Assembly: GCA_002189035.1 (NCBI GenBank)
Contig: NEEC01000363.1
Location: forward strand, 1-32,326
Direction: 5' to 3'
DNA length: 32,326 nt
DNA from: Utricularia gibba
Lineage: Eukaryota > Plantae > Magnoliophyta
Shown here: positions 10,501-25,500 of the stretch, piece by piece
Layout of the letters: every line of letters begins with the position of its first letter
How positions within the stretch are numbered: position 1 is the first letter of the stretch
Notes under the pieces: model-generated
Told to the model about the DNA's origin: nothing
What the model saw: the letters and a program-made list of their open reading frames with translations, nothing else
Databases searched by the model: none
Made by a program: the position numbers and the translations under genes

Positions 10501-13500
10501 AAAAATAAATATTTACGCATATCCAGAGTGTATAACAGTGTTGGGATAAGTGATGCCACGAAATTCATGATGTACATGTGACTTTTTTCCAACTTGATCG
10601 CATATAGATGAATTTGACACCATATGTTGATGCAATTAGTTGCTATGATACTTCTGATTCTTGATGCACCATTCCCGTATACCATGTCTCTAGTGGCTAT
10701 TTGATTCTTTTGCCTTGTATGTTTTCGCATCAATTTCGAGAACATGAAGCACATTATTAAATGCAGTCACCACGGAATGCCACGTGAGACACCTTTCGTT
10801 GTGGCCCTTTTTTAATATGTCCACAGTTATCGGACAAACGTAACTCCAAATTATAATACTTGGAGCTCGAAAAGGGCTTCCCAACAGTGTGCTATGAAGA
10901 GCAAGGATCTGCATGTTATGCAAGAGGTGCTTCGCGGACCAGGATGTGCGACGTAGTCATTTCATTGCGCATCATCATTCGGGGTGCATCCTAAAAATCA
11001 CACGTGCACGGATTCATTAAAAATAAATATTTACGCATATCCAGAGTGTATAACAGTGTTGGGATAAGTGATGCCACGAAATTCATGATGTAACATGTGA
11101 CTTTTTTCCATCTTGATCGCATATCCGATGAAGTTTGACACCATATGTTTTGGCTGTTGATTGATTCAATTAGTTGCTATGATACTTCTGATTCTTGATG
11201 CACCATTCCCATACACCATGTCTCTAGTGGCTATTTGATTCTTTTGCCGTGTATCCCATTTGCATCAATGTCGAGAACGAGAAGCACATTCTTAGACGCA
11301 GCCACCAAGAAAGGACACCTAAGACACTTTTCGTTGTGGCTTGTTTTTAATATGTCCACAGTTATCGGACAAACGTAACTCCAAATTATAATACTTGGAG
11401 CTCGAAAAGGGCTTCCCAACAGTGTGCTATGAAGAGCAAGGATCTGCATGTTATGCAAGAGGTGCTTCGCGGACCAGGATGTGCGACGTAGTCATTTCAT
11501 TGCGCATCATCATTCGGGGTGCATCCTAAAAATCACACGTGCACGGGATTCATTAAAAATAAATATTTACGCATATCCAGAGTGTATAACAGTGTTGGGA
11601 TAAGTGATGCCACGAAATTCATGATGTAGCATGTGACTTTTTTCCAACTTGATCGCATAGTAGATGAATTCTGACACCATATGTTGATGCATTTAGTTGC
11701 TATGATACTTCTGATTCTTGATGCACCATTCCCGTATACCATGTCTCTAGTGGCTATTTGATTCTTTTGCCTTGTATGTTGTTCGCATCAATTTCGAGAA
11801 CATGAAGCACATTATTAAATGCAGTCACCACGGAATGCCACGTGAGACACCTTTCGTTGTGGCCCTTTTTTTAATATGTCCACAGTTATCGGACAAACGT
11901 AACTCCAAATTATAATACTTGGAGCTCGAAAAGGGCTTCCCAACAGTGTGCTATGAAGAGCAAGGATCTGCATGTTATGCAGAGGTGCTTCGCGGACCAG
12001 GATGTGCGACGTAGTCATTTCATTGCGCATCACCATTCGGGATGCAGCCGAAAAATCACACGTGCACCGGATTTGTTAAAAATAAATATTTACGCATATC
12101 CTGAGTATACAACAGTGTTGGGATAAGTGATGCCACGAAATTCATGATGTAACATGTGACTTTTTTCCATCTTGATCGCATATCCGATGAAGTTTGACAC
12201 CATATGTTTTGGCTGTTGATTGATTCAATTAGTTGCTATGATACTTCTGATTCTTGATGCACCATTCCCATACACCATGTCTCTAGTGGCTATTTGATTC
12301 TTTTGCCGTGTATCCCATTTGCATCAATGTCGAGAACGAGAAGCACATTCTTAGACGCAGCCACCAAGAAAGGACACCTAAGACACTTTTCGTTGTGGCT
12401 TGTTTTTAATATGTCCACAGTTATCGGACAAACGTAACTCCAAATTATAATACTTGGAGCTCGAAAAGGGCTTCCCAACAGTGTGCTATGAAGAGCAAGG
12501 ATCTGCATGTTATGCAAGAGGTGCTTCGCGGACCAGGATGTGCGACGTAGTCATTTCATTGCGCATCATCATTCGGGGTGCATCCTAAAAATCACACGTG
12601 CACGGGATTCATTAAAAATAAATATTTACGCATATCCAGAGTGTATAACAGTGTTGGGATAAGTGATGCCACGAAATTCATGATGTAGCATGTGACTTTT
12701 TTCCAACTTGATCGCATAGTAGATGAATTCTGACACCATATGTTGATGCATTTAGTTGCTATGATACTTCTGATTCTTGATGCACCATTCCCGTATACCA
12801 TGTCTCTAGTGGCTATTTGATTCTTTTGCCTTGTATGTTGTTCGCATCAATTTCGAGAACATGAAGCACATTATTAAATGCAGTCACCACGGAATGCCAC
12901 GTGAGACACCTTTCGTTGTGGCCCTTTTTTAATATGTCCACAGTTATCGGACAAACGTAACTCCAAATTATAATACTTGGAGCTCGAAAAGGGCTTCCCA
13001 ACAGTGTGCTATGAAGAGCAAGGATCTGCATGTTATGCAAGAGGTGCTTCGCGGACCAGGATGTGCGACGTAGTCATTTCATTGCGCATCATCATTCGGG
13101 TGCATCCGAAAAATCACACGTGCACCGGATTTTAAAAATAAATATTTACGCATATCCTGAGTATACAACAGTGTTGGGATAAGTGATGCCACGAAATTCA
13201 TGATGTAACATGTGACTTTTTTCCATCTTGATCGCATATCCGATGAAGTTTGACACCATATGTTTTGGCTGTTGATTGATTCAATTTAGTTGCTATGATA
13301 CTTCTGATTCTTGATGCACCATTCCCCATACACCATGTCTCTAGTGGCTATTTGATTCTTTTGCCGTGTATCCCATTTGCATCAATTCGAGAACGAGAAG
13401 CACATTCTTAAACGCAGCCACCAAGAAAGGACACCTAAGACACTTTTCGTTGTGGCTTGTTTTTAATATGTCCACAGTTATCGGACAAACGTAACTCCAA

Positions 13501-16500
13501 ATTATAATACTTGGAGCTCGAAAAGGGCTTCCCAACAGTGTGCTATGAAGAGCAAGGATCTGCATGTTATGCAAGAGGTGCTTCGCGGACCAGGATGTGC
13601 GACGTAGTCATTTCATTGCGCATCATCATTCGGGGTGCATCCTAAAAATCACACGTGCACGGATTCATTAAAAATAAATATTTACGCATATCCAGAGTGT
13701 ATAACAGTGTTGGGATAAGTGATGCCACGAAATTCATGATGTACATGTGACTTTTTTCCATCTTGATCGCATATCCGATGAAGTTTGACACCATATGTTT
13801 GGCTGTTGATTGATTCAATTAGTTGCTATGATACTTCTGATTCTTGATGCACCATTCCCATACCATGTCTCTAGTGGCTATTTGATTCTTTTGCCGTGTA
13901 TCCATTTGCATCAATGTCGAGAACGAGAAGCACATTCTTAGACGCAGCCACCAAGAAAGGACACCTAAGACACTTTTCGTTGTGGCTTGTTTTTAATATG
14001 TCCACAGTTATCGGACAAACGTAACTCCAAATTATAATACTTGGAGCTCGAAAAGGGCTTCCCAACAGTGTGCTATGAAGAGCAAGGATCTGCATGTTAT
14101 GCAAGAGGTGCTTCGCGGACCAGGATGTGCGACGTAGTCATTTCATTGCGCATCATCATTCGGGGTGCATCCTAAAAATCACACGTGCACGGGATTCATT
14201 AAAAATAAATATTTACGCATATCCAGAGTGTATAACAGTGTTGGGATAAGTGATGCCACGAAATTCATGATGTAGCATGTGACTTTTTTCCAACTTGATC
14301 GCATAGTAGATGAATTCTGACACCATATGTTGATGCATTTAGTTGCTATGATACTTCTGATTCTTGATGCACCATTCCCGTATACCATGTCTCTAGTGGC
14401 TATTTGATTCTTTTGCCTTGTATGTTGTTCGCATCAATTTCGAGAACATGAAGCACATTATTAAATGCAGTCACCACGGAATGCCACGTGAGACACCTTT
14501 CGTTGTGGCCTTTTTTAATATGTCCACAGTTATCGGACAAACGTAACTCCAAATTATAATACTTGGAGCTCGAAAGGGCTTCCCAACAGTGTGCTATGAA
14601 GAGCAAGGATCTGCATGTTATGCAAGAGGTGCTTCGCGGACCAGGATGTGCGACGTAGTCATTTCATTGCGCATCATCATTCGGGTGCATCCTAAAAATC
14701 ACACGTGCACCGGATTCATTAAAAATAAATATTTACGCATATCCAGAGTATTGTTGGGATAAGTGATGCCACGAAATTCATGATGTAACATGTGACTTTT
14801 TTCCACTTGATCGCATATCGATGAAGTTTGACACCATATGTTGATGATTCAATTAGTTGCTATGATACTTCTGATTCTTGATGCACCATTCCCATACACC
14901 ATGTCTCTAGTGGCTATTTGATTCTTTTGCCGTGTATCCCATTTGCATCAATGTCGAGAACGAGAAGCACATTTCTTAGACGCAGCCACCAAGAAGGACA
15001 CCTAAGACACTTTTCGTTGTGGCTTGTTTTTAATATGTCCACAGTTATCGGACAAACGTAACTCCAAATTATAATACTTGGAGCTCGAAAAGGGCTTCCC
15101 AACAGTGTGCTATGAAGAGCAAGGATCTGCATGTTATGCAAGAGGTGCTTCGCGGACCAGGATGTGCGACGTAGTCATTTCATTGCGCATCATCATTCGG
15201 GGTGCATCCTAAAAATCACACGTGCACGGGATTCATTAAAAATAAATATTTACGCATATCCAGAGTGTATAACAGTGTTGGGATAAGTGATGCCACGAAA
15301 TTCATGATGTAACATGTGACTTTTTTCCATCTTGATCGCATATCCGATGAAGTTTGACACCATATGTTTTGGCTGTTGATTGATTCAATTAGTTGCTATG
15401 ATACTTCTGATTCTTGATGCACCATTCCATACACCATGTCTCTAGTGGCTATTTGATTCTTTTGCCGTGTATCCCATTTGCATCAATGTCGAGAACGAGA
15501 AGCACATTCTTAGACGCAGCCACCAAGAAAGGACACCTAAGACACTTTTCGTTGTGGCTTGTTTTTAATATGTCCACAGTTATCGGACAAACGTAACTCC
15601 AAATTATAATACTTGGAGCTCGAAAAGGGCTTCCCAACAGTGTGCTATGAAGAGCAAGGATCTGCATGTTATGCAAGAGGTGCTTCGCGGACCAGGATGT
15701 GCGACGTAGTCATTTCATTGCGCATCATCATTCGGGGTGCATCCTAAAAATCACACGTGCACGGGATTCATTAAAAATAAATATTTACGCATATCCAGAG
15801 TGTATAACAGTGTTGGGATAAGTGATGCCACGAAATTCATGATGTAGCATGTGACTTTTTTCCAACTTGATCGCATAGTAGATGAATTCTGACACCATAT
15901 GTTGATGCATTTAGTTGCTATGATACTTCTGATTCTTGATGCACCATTCCCGTATACCATGTCTCTAGTGGCTATTTGATTCTTTTGCCTTGTATGTTGT
16001 TCGCATCAATTTCGAGAACATGAAGCACATTATTAAATGCAGTCACCACGGAATGCCACGTGAGACACCTTTCGTTGTGGCCCTTTTTTTAATATGTCCA
16101 CAGTTATCGGACAAACGTAACTCCAAATTATAATACTTGGAGCTCGAAAAGGGCTTCCCAACAGTGTGCTATGAAGAGCAAGGATCTGCATGTTATGCAA
16201 GAGGTGCTTCGCGGACCAGGATGTGCGACGTAGTCATTTCATTGCGCATCACCATTCGGGATGCAGCCGAAAAATCACACGTGCACCGGATTTGTTAAAA
16301 ATAAATATTTACGCATATCCTGAGTATACAACAGTGTTGGGATAAGTGATGCCACGAAATTCATGATGTAACATGTGACTTTTTTCCATCTTGATCGCAT
16401 ATCCGATGAAGTTTGACACCATATGTTTTGGCTGTTGATTGATTCAATTAGTTGCTATGATACTTCTGATTCTTGATGCACCATTCCCATACACCATGTC

Positions 16501-19500
16501 TCTAGTGGCTATTTGATTCTTTTGCCGTGTATCCCATTTGCATCAATGTCGAGAACGAGAAGCACATTCTTAGACGCAGCCACCAAGAAAGGACACCTAA
16601 GACACTTTTCGTTGTGGCTTGTTTTTAATATGTCCACAGTTATCGGACAAACGTAACTCCAAATTATAATACTTGGAGCTCGAAAAGGGCTTCCCAACAG
16701 TGTGCTATGAAGAGCAAGGATCTGCATGTTATGCAAGAGGTGCTTCGCGGACCAGGATGTGCGACGTAGTCATTTCATTGCGCATCATCATTCGGGGTGC
16801 ATCCTAAAAATCACACGTGCACGGGATTCATTAAAAATAAATATTTACGCATATCCAGAGTGTATAACAGTGTTGGGATAAGTGATGCCACGAAATTCAT
16901 GATGTAGCATGTGACTTTTTTCCAACTTGATCGCATAGTAGATGAATTCTGACACCATATGTTGATGCATTTAGTTGCTATGATACTTCTGATTCTTGAT
17001 GCACCATTCCCGTATACCATGTCTCTAGTGGCTATTTGATTCTTTTGCCTTGTATGTTGTTCGCATCAATTTCGAGAACATGAAGCACATTATTAAATGC
17101 AGTCACCACGGAATGCCACGTGAGACACCTTTCGTTGTGGCCCTTTTTTAATATGTCCACAGTTATCGGACAAACGTAACTCCAAATTATAATACTTGGA
17201 GCTCGAAAAGGGCTTCCCAACAGTGTGCTATGAAGAGCAAGGATCTGCATGTTATGCAAGAGGTGCTTCGCGGACCAGGATGTGCGACGTAGTCATTTCA
17301 TTGCGCATCACCATTCGGGATGCAGCCGAAAAATCACACGTGCACCGGATTTGTTAAAAATAAATATTTACGCATATCCTGAGTATACAACAGTGTTGGG
17401 ATAAGTGATGCCACGAAATTCATGATGTAACATGTGACTTTTTTCCATCTTGATCGCATATCCGATGAAGTTTGACACCATATGTTTTGGCTGTTGATTG
17501 ATTCAATTAGTTGCTATGATACTTCTGATTCTTGATGCACCATTCCCATACACCATGTCTCTAGTGGCTATTTGATTCTTTTGCCGTGTATCCCATTTGC
17601 ATCAATGTCGAGAACGAGAAGCACATTCTTAGACGCAGCCACCAAGAAAGGACACCTAAGACACTTTTCGTTGTGGCTTGTTTTTAATATGTCCACAGTT
17701 ATCGGACAAACGTAACTCCAAATTATAATACTTGGAGCTCGAAAAGGGCTTCCCAACAGTGTGCTATGAAGAGCAAGGATCTGCATGTTATGCAAGAGGT
17801 GCTTCGCGGACCAGGATGTGCGACGTAGTCATTTCATTGCGCATCATCATTCGGGGTGCATCCTAAAAATCACACGTGCACGGGATTCATTAAAAATAAA
17901 TATTTACGCATATCCAGAGTGTATAACAGTGTTGGGATAAGTGATGCCACGAAATTCATGATGTAGCATGTGACTTTTTTCCAACTTGATCGCATAGTAG
18001 ATGAATTCTGACACCATATGTTGATGCATTTAGTTGCTATGATACTTCTGATTCTTGATGCACCATTCCCGTATACCATGTCTCTAGTGGCTATTTGATT
18101 CTTTTGCCTTGTATGTTGTTCGCATCAATTTCGAGAACATGAAGCACATTATTAAATGCAGTCACCACGGAATGCCACGTGAGACACCTTTCGTTGTGGC
18201 CCTTTTTTAATATGTCCACAGTTATCGGACAAACGTAACTCCAAATTATAATACTTGGAGCTCGAAAAGGGCTTCCCAACAGTGTGCTATGAAGAGCAAG
18301 GATCTGCATGTTATGCAAGAGGTGCTTCGCGGACCAGGATGTGCGACGTAGTCATTTCATTGCGCATCATCATTCGGGATGCAGCCGAAAAATCACACGT
18401 GCACGGATTTGTTAAAAATAAATATTTACGCATATCCTGAGTATACAACAGTGTTGGGATAAGTGATGCCACGAAATTCATGATGTAACATGTGACTTTT
18501 TTCCATCTTGATCGCATATCCGATGAAGTTTGACACCATATGTTTTGGCTGTTGATTGATTCAATTAGTTGCTATGATACTTCTGATTCTTGATGCACCA
18601 TTCCCATACACCATGTCTCTAGTGGCTATTTGATTCTTTTGCCGTGTATCCATTTGCATCAATGTCGAGAACGAGAAGCACATTCTTAGACGCAGCCACC
18701 AAGAAAGGACACCTAAGACACTTTTCGTTGTGGCTTGTTTTTAATATGTCCACAGTTATCGGACAAACGTAACTCCAAATTATAATACTTGGAGCTCGAA
18801 AAGGGCTTCCCAACAGTGTGCTATGAAGAGCAAGGATCTGCATGTTATGCAAGAGGTGCTTCGCGGACCAGGATGTGCGACGTAGTCATTTCATTGCGCA
18901 TCATCATTCGGGGTGCATCCTAAAAATCACACGTGCACGGGATTCATTAAAAATAAATATTTACGCATATCCAGAGTGTATAACAGTGTTGGGATAAGTG
19001 ATGCCACGAAATTCATGATGTAGCATGTGACTTTTTTCCAACTTGATCGCATAGTAGATGAATTCTGACACCATATGTTGATGCATTTAGTTGCTATGAT
19101 ACTTCTGATTCTTGATGCACCATTCCCGTATACCATGTCTCTAGTGGCTATTTGATTCTTTTGCCTTGTATGTTGTTCGCATCAATTTCGAGAACATGAA
19201 GCACATTATTAAATGCAGTCACCACGGAATGCCACGTGAGACACCTTTCGTTGTGGCCCTTTTTTAATATGTCCACAGTTATCGGACAAACGTAACTCCA
19301 AATTATAATACTTGGAGCTCGAAAAGGGCTTCCCAACAGTGTGCTATGAAGAGCAAGGATCTGCATGTTATGCAAGAGGTGCTTCGCGGACCAGGATGTG
19401 CGACGTAGTCATTTCATTGCGCATCATCATTCGGGGTGCATCCTAAAAATCACACGTGCACGGGATTCATTAAAAATAAATATTTACGCATATCCAGAGT

Positions 19501-22500
19501 GTATAACAGTGTTGGGATAAGTGATGCCACGAAATTCATGATGTAACATGTGACTTTTTTCCATCTTGATCGCATATACCATGATGAAGTTTGACACCAT
19601 ATGTTTTGGCTGTTGATTGATTCAATTAGTTGCTATGATACTTCTGATTCTTGATGCACCATTCCCATACACCATGTCTCTAGTGGCTATTTGATTCTTT
19701 TGCCTTGTATTTTTGCATCAATGTCGAGAACAGAAGCACATTCTTAACGCAGCCACCAAGAAAGGACACGTAACTCCAAATTATAATACTTGACACTTTC
19801 GTTGTGGCTTTTTTAATATGTCCACAGTTATCGGACAAACGTAACTCCAAATTATAATACTTGGAGCTCGAAAAGGGCTTCCCAACAGTGTGCTATGAAG
19901 AGCAAGGATCTGCATGTTATGCAAGAGGTGCTTTCGCGGACCAGGATGTGCGACGTAGTCATTTCATTGCGCATCATCATTCGGGGTGCATCCTAAAAAT
20001 CACACGTGCACGGGATTCATTAAAAATAAATATTTACGCATATCCAGAGTGTACAAACAGTGTTGGGATAAGTGATGCCACGAAATTCATGATGTAACAT
20101 GTGACTTTTTTCCATCTTGATCGCATATAGATGAAGTTTGACACCATATGTTTTGGCTGTTGATTGATTCAATTAGTTGCTATGATACTTCTGATTCTTG
20201 ATGCACCATTCCCATACACCATGTCTCTAGTGGCTATTTGATTCTTTTGCCGTGTATTTCCAGCATCAATTCGAGAACAGAAGCACATTCTTAGACGCAG
20301 CCACCAAGAAAGGACACCTAAGACACTTTTCGTTGTGGCTTGTTTTTAATATGTCCACAGTTATCGGACAAACGTAACTCCAAATTATAATACTTGGAGC
20401 TCGAAAAGGGCTTCCCAACAGTGTGCTATGAAGAGCAAGGATCTGCATGTTATGCAAGAGGTGCTTCGCGGACCAGGATGTGCGACGTAGTCATTTCATT
20501 GCGCATCATCATTCGGGGTGCATCCTAAAAATCACACGTGCACGGGATTCATTAAAAATAAATATTTACGCATATCCAGAGTGTATAACAGTGTTGGGAT
20601 AAGTGATGCCACGAAATTCATGATGTAGCATGTGACTTTTTTCCAACTTGATCGCATAGTAGATGAATTTGACACCATATGTTGATGCATTTAGTTGCTA
20701 TGATACTTCTGATTCTTGATGCACCATTCCCGTATACCATGTCTCTAGTGGCTATTTGATTCTTTTGCCTTGTATGTTGTTGCATCAATTTCGAGAACAT
20801 GAAGCACATTATTAAATGCAGTCACCACGGAATGCCACGTGAGACACCTTTCGTTGTGGCCTTTTTTAATATGTCCACAGTTATCGGACAAACGTAACTC
20901 CAAATTATAATACTTGGAGCTCGAAAAGGGCTTCCCAACAGTGTGCTATGAAGAGCAAGGATCTGCATGTTATGCAAGAGGTGCTTCGGACCAGGATGTG
21001 CGACGTAGTCATTTCATTGCGCATCATCATTCGGGTGCAGCCGAAAAATCACACGTGCACCGGATTTGTTAAAAATAAATATTTACGCATATCCTGAGTA
21101 TACAACAGTGTTGGGATAAGTGATGCCACGAAATTCATGATGTAACATGTGACTTTTTTCCATCTTGATCGCATATCCGATGAAGTTTGACACCATATGT
21201 TTTGGCTGTTGATTGATTCAATTAGTTGCTATGATACTTCTGATTCTTGATGCACCATTCCCATACACCATGTCTCTAGTGGCTATTTGATTCTTTTGCC
21301 GTGTATCCCATTTGCATCAATGTCGAGAACGAGAAGCACATTCTTAGACGCAGCCACCAAGAAAGGACACCTAAGACACTTTTCGTTGTGGCTTGTTTTT
21401 AATATGTCCACAGTTATCGGACAAACGTAACTCCAAATTATAATACTTGGAGCTCGAAAAGGGCTTCCCAACAGTGTGCTATGAAGAGCAAGGATCTGCA
21501 TGTTATGCAAGAGGTGCTTCGCGGACCAGGATGTGCGACGTAGTCATTTCATTGCGCATCATCATTCGGGGTGCATCCTAAAAATCACACGTGCACGGGA
21601 TTCATTAAAAATAAATATTTACGCATATCCAGAGTGTATAACAGTGTTGGGATAAGTGATGCCACGAAATTCATGATGTAGCATGTGACTTTTTTCCAAC
21701 TTGATCGCATAGTAGATGAATTCTGACACCATATGTTGATGCATTTAGTTGCTATGATACTTCTGATTCTTGATGCACCATTCCCGTATACCATGTCTCT
21801 AGTGGCTATTTGATTCTTTTGCCTGTATGTTGTTCGCATCAATTTCGAGAACATGAAGCACATTATTAAATGCAGTCACCACGGAATGCCACGTGAGACA
21901 CCTTTCGTTGTGGCCCTTTTTTAATATGTCCACAGTTATCGGACAAACGTAACTCCAAATTATAATACTTGGAGCTCGAAAAGGGCTTCCCAACAGTGTG
22001 CTATGAAGAGCAAGGATCTGCATGTTATGCAAGAGGTGCTTCGCGGACCAGGATGTGCGACGTAGTCATTTCATTGCGCATCATCATTCGGGGTGCATCC
22101 TAAAAATCACACGTGCACGGGATTCATTAAAAATAAATATTTACGCATATCCAGAGTATAACAGTTGGGATAAGTGATGCCACGAAATTCATGATGTAAC
22201 ATGTGACTTTTTTCCATCTTGATCGCATATCCGATGAAGTTTGACACCATATGTTTTGGCTGTTGATTGATTCAATTAGTTGCTATGATACTTCTGATTC
22301 TTGATGCACCATTCCCATACACCATGTCTCTAGTGGCTATTTGATTCTTTTGCCGTGTATCCCATTTGCATCAATGTCGAGAACGAGAAGCACATTCTTA
22401 GACGCAGCCACCAAGAAAGGACACCTAAGACACTTTTCGTTGTGGCTTGTTTTTAATATGTCCACAGTTATCGGACAAACGTAACTCCAAATTATAATAC

Positions 22501-25500
22501 TTGGAGCTCGAAAAGGGCTTCCCAACAGTGTGCTATGAAGAGCAAGGATCTGCATGTTATGCAAGAGGTGCTTCGCGGACCAGGATGTGCGACGTAGTCA
22601 TTTCATTGCGCATCATCATTCGGGGTGCATCCTAAAAATCACACGTGCACGGATTTGTTAAAAATAAATTTACGCATAGAGTATAACAGTGTTGGGATAA
22701 GTGATGCCACGAAATTCATGATGTAACATGTGACTTTTTCCATCTTGATCGCATATCCGATGAAGTTTGACACCATATGTTTTGGCTGTTGATGATTTTA
22801 GTTGCTATGATACTTCTGATTCTTGATGCACCATTCCCATACACCATGTCTCTAGTGGCTATTTGATTCTTTTGCCGTGTATGTTTGCATCAATGTCGAG
22901 AACGAGAAGCACATTCTTAACGCAGCCACCAAGAAAGGACACCTAAGACACTTTTCGTTGTGGCTTGTTTTTAATATGTCCACAGTTATCGGACAAACGT
23001 AACTCCAAATTATAATACTTGGAGCTCGAAAAGGGCTTCCCAACAGTGTGCTATGAAGAGCAAGGATCTGCATGTTATGCAAGAGGTGCTTCGCGGACCA
23101 GGATGTGCGACGTAGTCATTTCATTGCGCATCATCATTCGGGGTGCATCCTAAAAATCACACGTGCACGGGATTCATTAAAAATAAATATTTACGCATAT
23201 CCAGAGTGTATAACAGTGTTGGGATAAGTGATGCCACGAAATTCATGATGTAGCATGTGACTTTTTTCCAACTTGATCGCATAGTAGATGAATTTGACAC
23301 CATATGTTGATGCATTTAGTTGCTATGATACTTCTGATTCTTGATGCACCATTCCCGTATACCATGTCTCTAGTGGCTATTTGATTCTTTTGCCTTGTAT
23401 GTTGCATCAATTTCGAGAACGAAGCACATTATTAAATGCAGTCACCACGGAATGCCACGTGAGACACCTTTCGTTGTGGCCCTTTTTTAATATGTCCACA
23501 GTTATCGGACAAACGTAACTCCAAATTATAATACTTGGAGCTCGAAAAGGGCTTCCCAACAGTGTGCTATGAAGAGCAAGGATCTGCATGTTATGCAAGA
23601 GGTGCTTCGCGGACCAGGATGTGCGACGTAGTCATTTCATTGCGCATCATCATTCGGGTGCATCCTAAAAATCACACGTGCACGGATTCATTAAAAATAA
23701 ATATTTACGCATATCCAGAGTGTACAACAGTGTTGGGATAAGTGATGCCACGAAATTCATGATGTAACATGTGACTTTTTTCCATCTTGATCGCATATCC
23801 GATGAAGTTTGACACCATATGTTTTGGCTGTTGATTGATTCAATTAGTTGCTATGATACTTCTGATTCTTGATGCACCATTCCCATACACCATGTCTCTA
23901 GTGGCTATTTGATTCTTTTGCCGTGTATCCCATTTGCATCAATGTCGAGAACGAGAAGCACATTCTTAGACGCAGCCACCAAGAAAGGACACCTAAGACA
24001 CTTTTCGTTGTGGCTTGTTTTTTAATATGTCCACAGTTATCGGACAAACGTAACTCCAAATTATAATACTTGGAGCTCGAAAAGGGCTTCCCAACAGTGT
24101 GCTATGAAGAGCAAGGATCTGCATGTTATGCAAGAGGTGCTTCCATTGCGCATCATCATTCGGGGTGCATCCTAAAAATCACACGTGCACGGGATTCATT
24201 AAAATAAATATTTACGCATATCCAGAGTGTATAACATAAGTGATGCCACGAAATTCATGATGTAGCATGTGACTTTTTTCCAACTTGATCGCATAGTAGA
24301 TGAATTTGACACCATATGTTGATGCATTTAGTTGCTATGATACTTCTGATTCTTGATGCACCATTCCCATACCATGTCTCTAGTGGCTATTTGATTCTTT
24401 TGCCTTGTACGCATCAATTTCGAGAACATGAAGCACATTCTTAGCAGCACCACGGAATTAGACACTTTTCGTTGTGGCTTTTTTAATATGTCCACAGTTA
24501 TCGGACAAACGTAACTCCAAATTATAATACTTGGAGCTCGAAAAGGGCTTCCCAACAGTGTGCTATGAAGAGCAAGGATCTGCATGTTATGCAAGAGTGC
24601 GCGGACCAGGATGTGCGACGTAGTCATTTCATTGCGCATCATCATTCGGGGTGCATCCTAAAAATCACACGTGCACGGTTAAAAATAAATATTTACGCAT
24701 ATCCAGAGTATATAACAGTGTTGGGATAAGTGATGCCACGAAATTCATGATGTAACATGTGACTTTTTTCCATCTTGATCGCATATCCGATGAAGTTTGA
24801 CACCATATGTTTTGGCTGTTGATTGATTCAATTAGTTGCTATGATACTTCTGATTCTTGATGCACCATTCCCATACACCATGTCTCTAGTGGCTATTTGA
24901 TTCTTTTGCCTTGTATGTTCGCATCAATTTCGAGAACAGAAGCACATTATTAAATGCAGCACCACGGAAAGCACGTAGACACTTTCGTTGTGGCTTTTTT
25001 AATATGTCCACAGTTATCGGACAAACGTAACTCCAAATTATAATACTTGGAGCTCGAAAAGGGCTTCCCAACAGTGTGCTATGAAGAGCAAGGATCTGCA
25101 TGTTATGCAAGAGGTGCTTCGCGGACCAGGATGTGCGACGTAGTCATTTCATTGCGCATCATCATTCGGGATGCATCCTAAAAATCACACGTGCACGGAT
25201 TTGTTAAAAATAAATATTTACGCATATCCAGAGTATACAACAGTGTTGGGATAAGTGATGCCACGAAATTCATGATGTAACATGTGACTTTTTTCCATCT
25301 TGATCGCATATCCGATGAAGTTTGACACCATATGTTTTGGCTGTTGATTGATTCAATTAGTTGCTATGATACTTCTGATTCTTGATGCACCATTCCCATA
25401 CACCATGTCTCTAGTGGCTATTTGATTCTTTTGCCGTGTATCCCATTTGCATCAATGTCGAGAACGAGAAGCACATTCTTAGACGCAGCCACCAAAAAGG

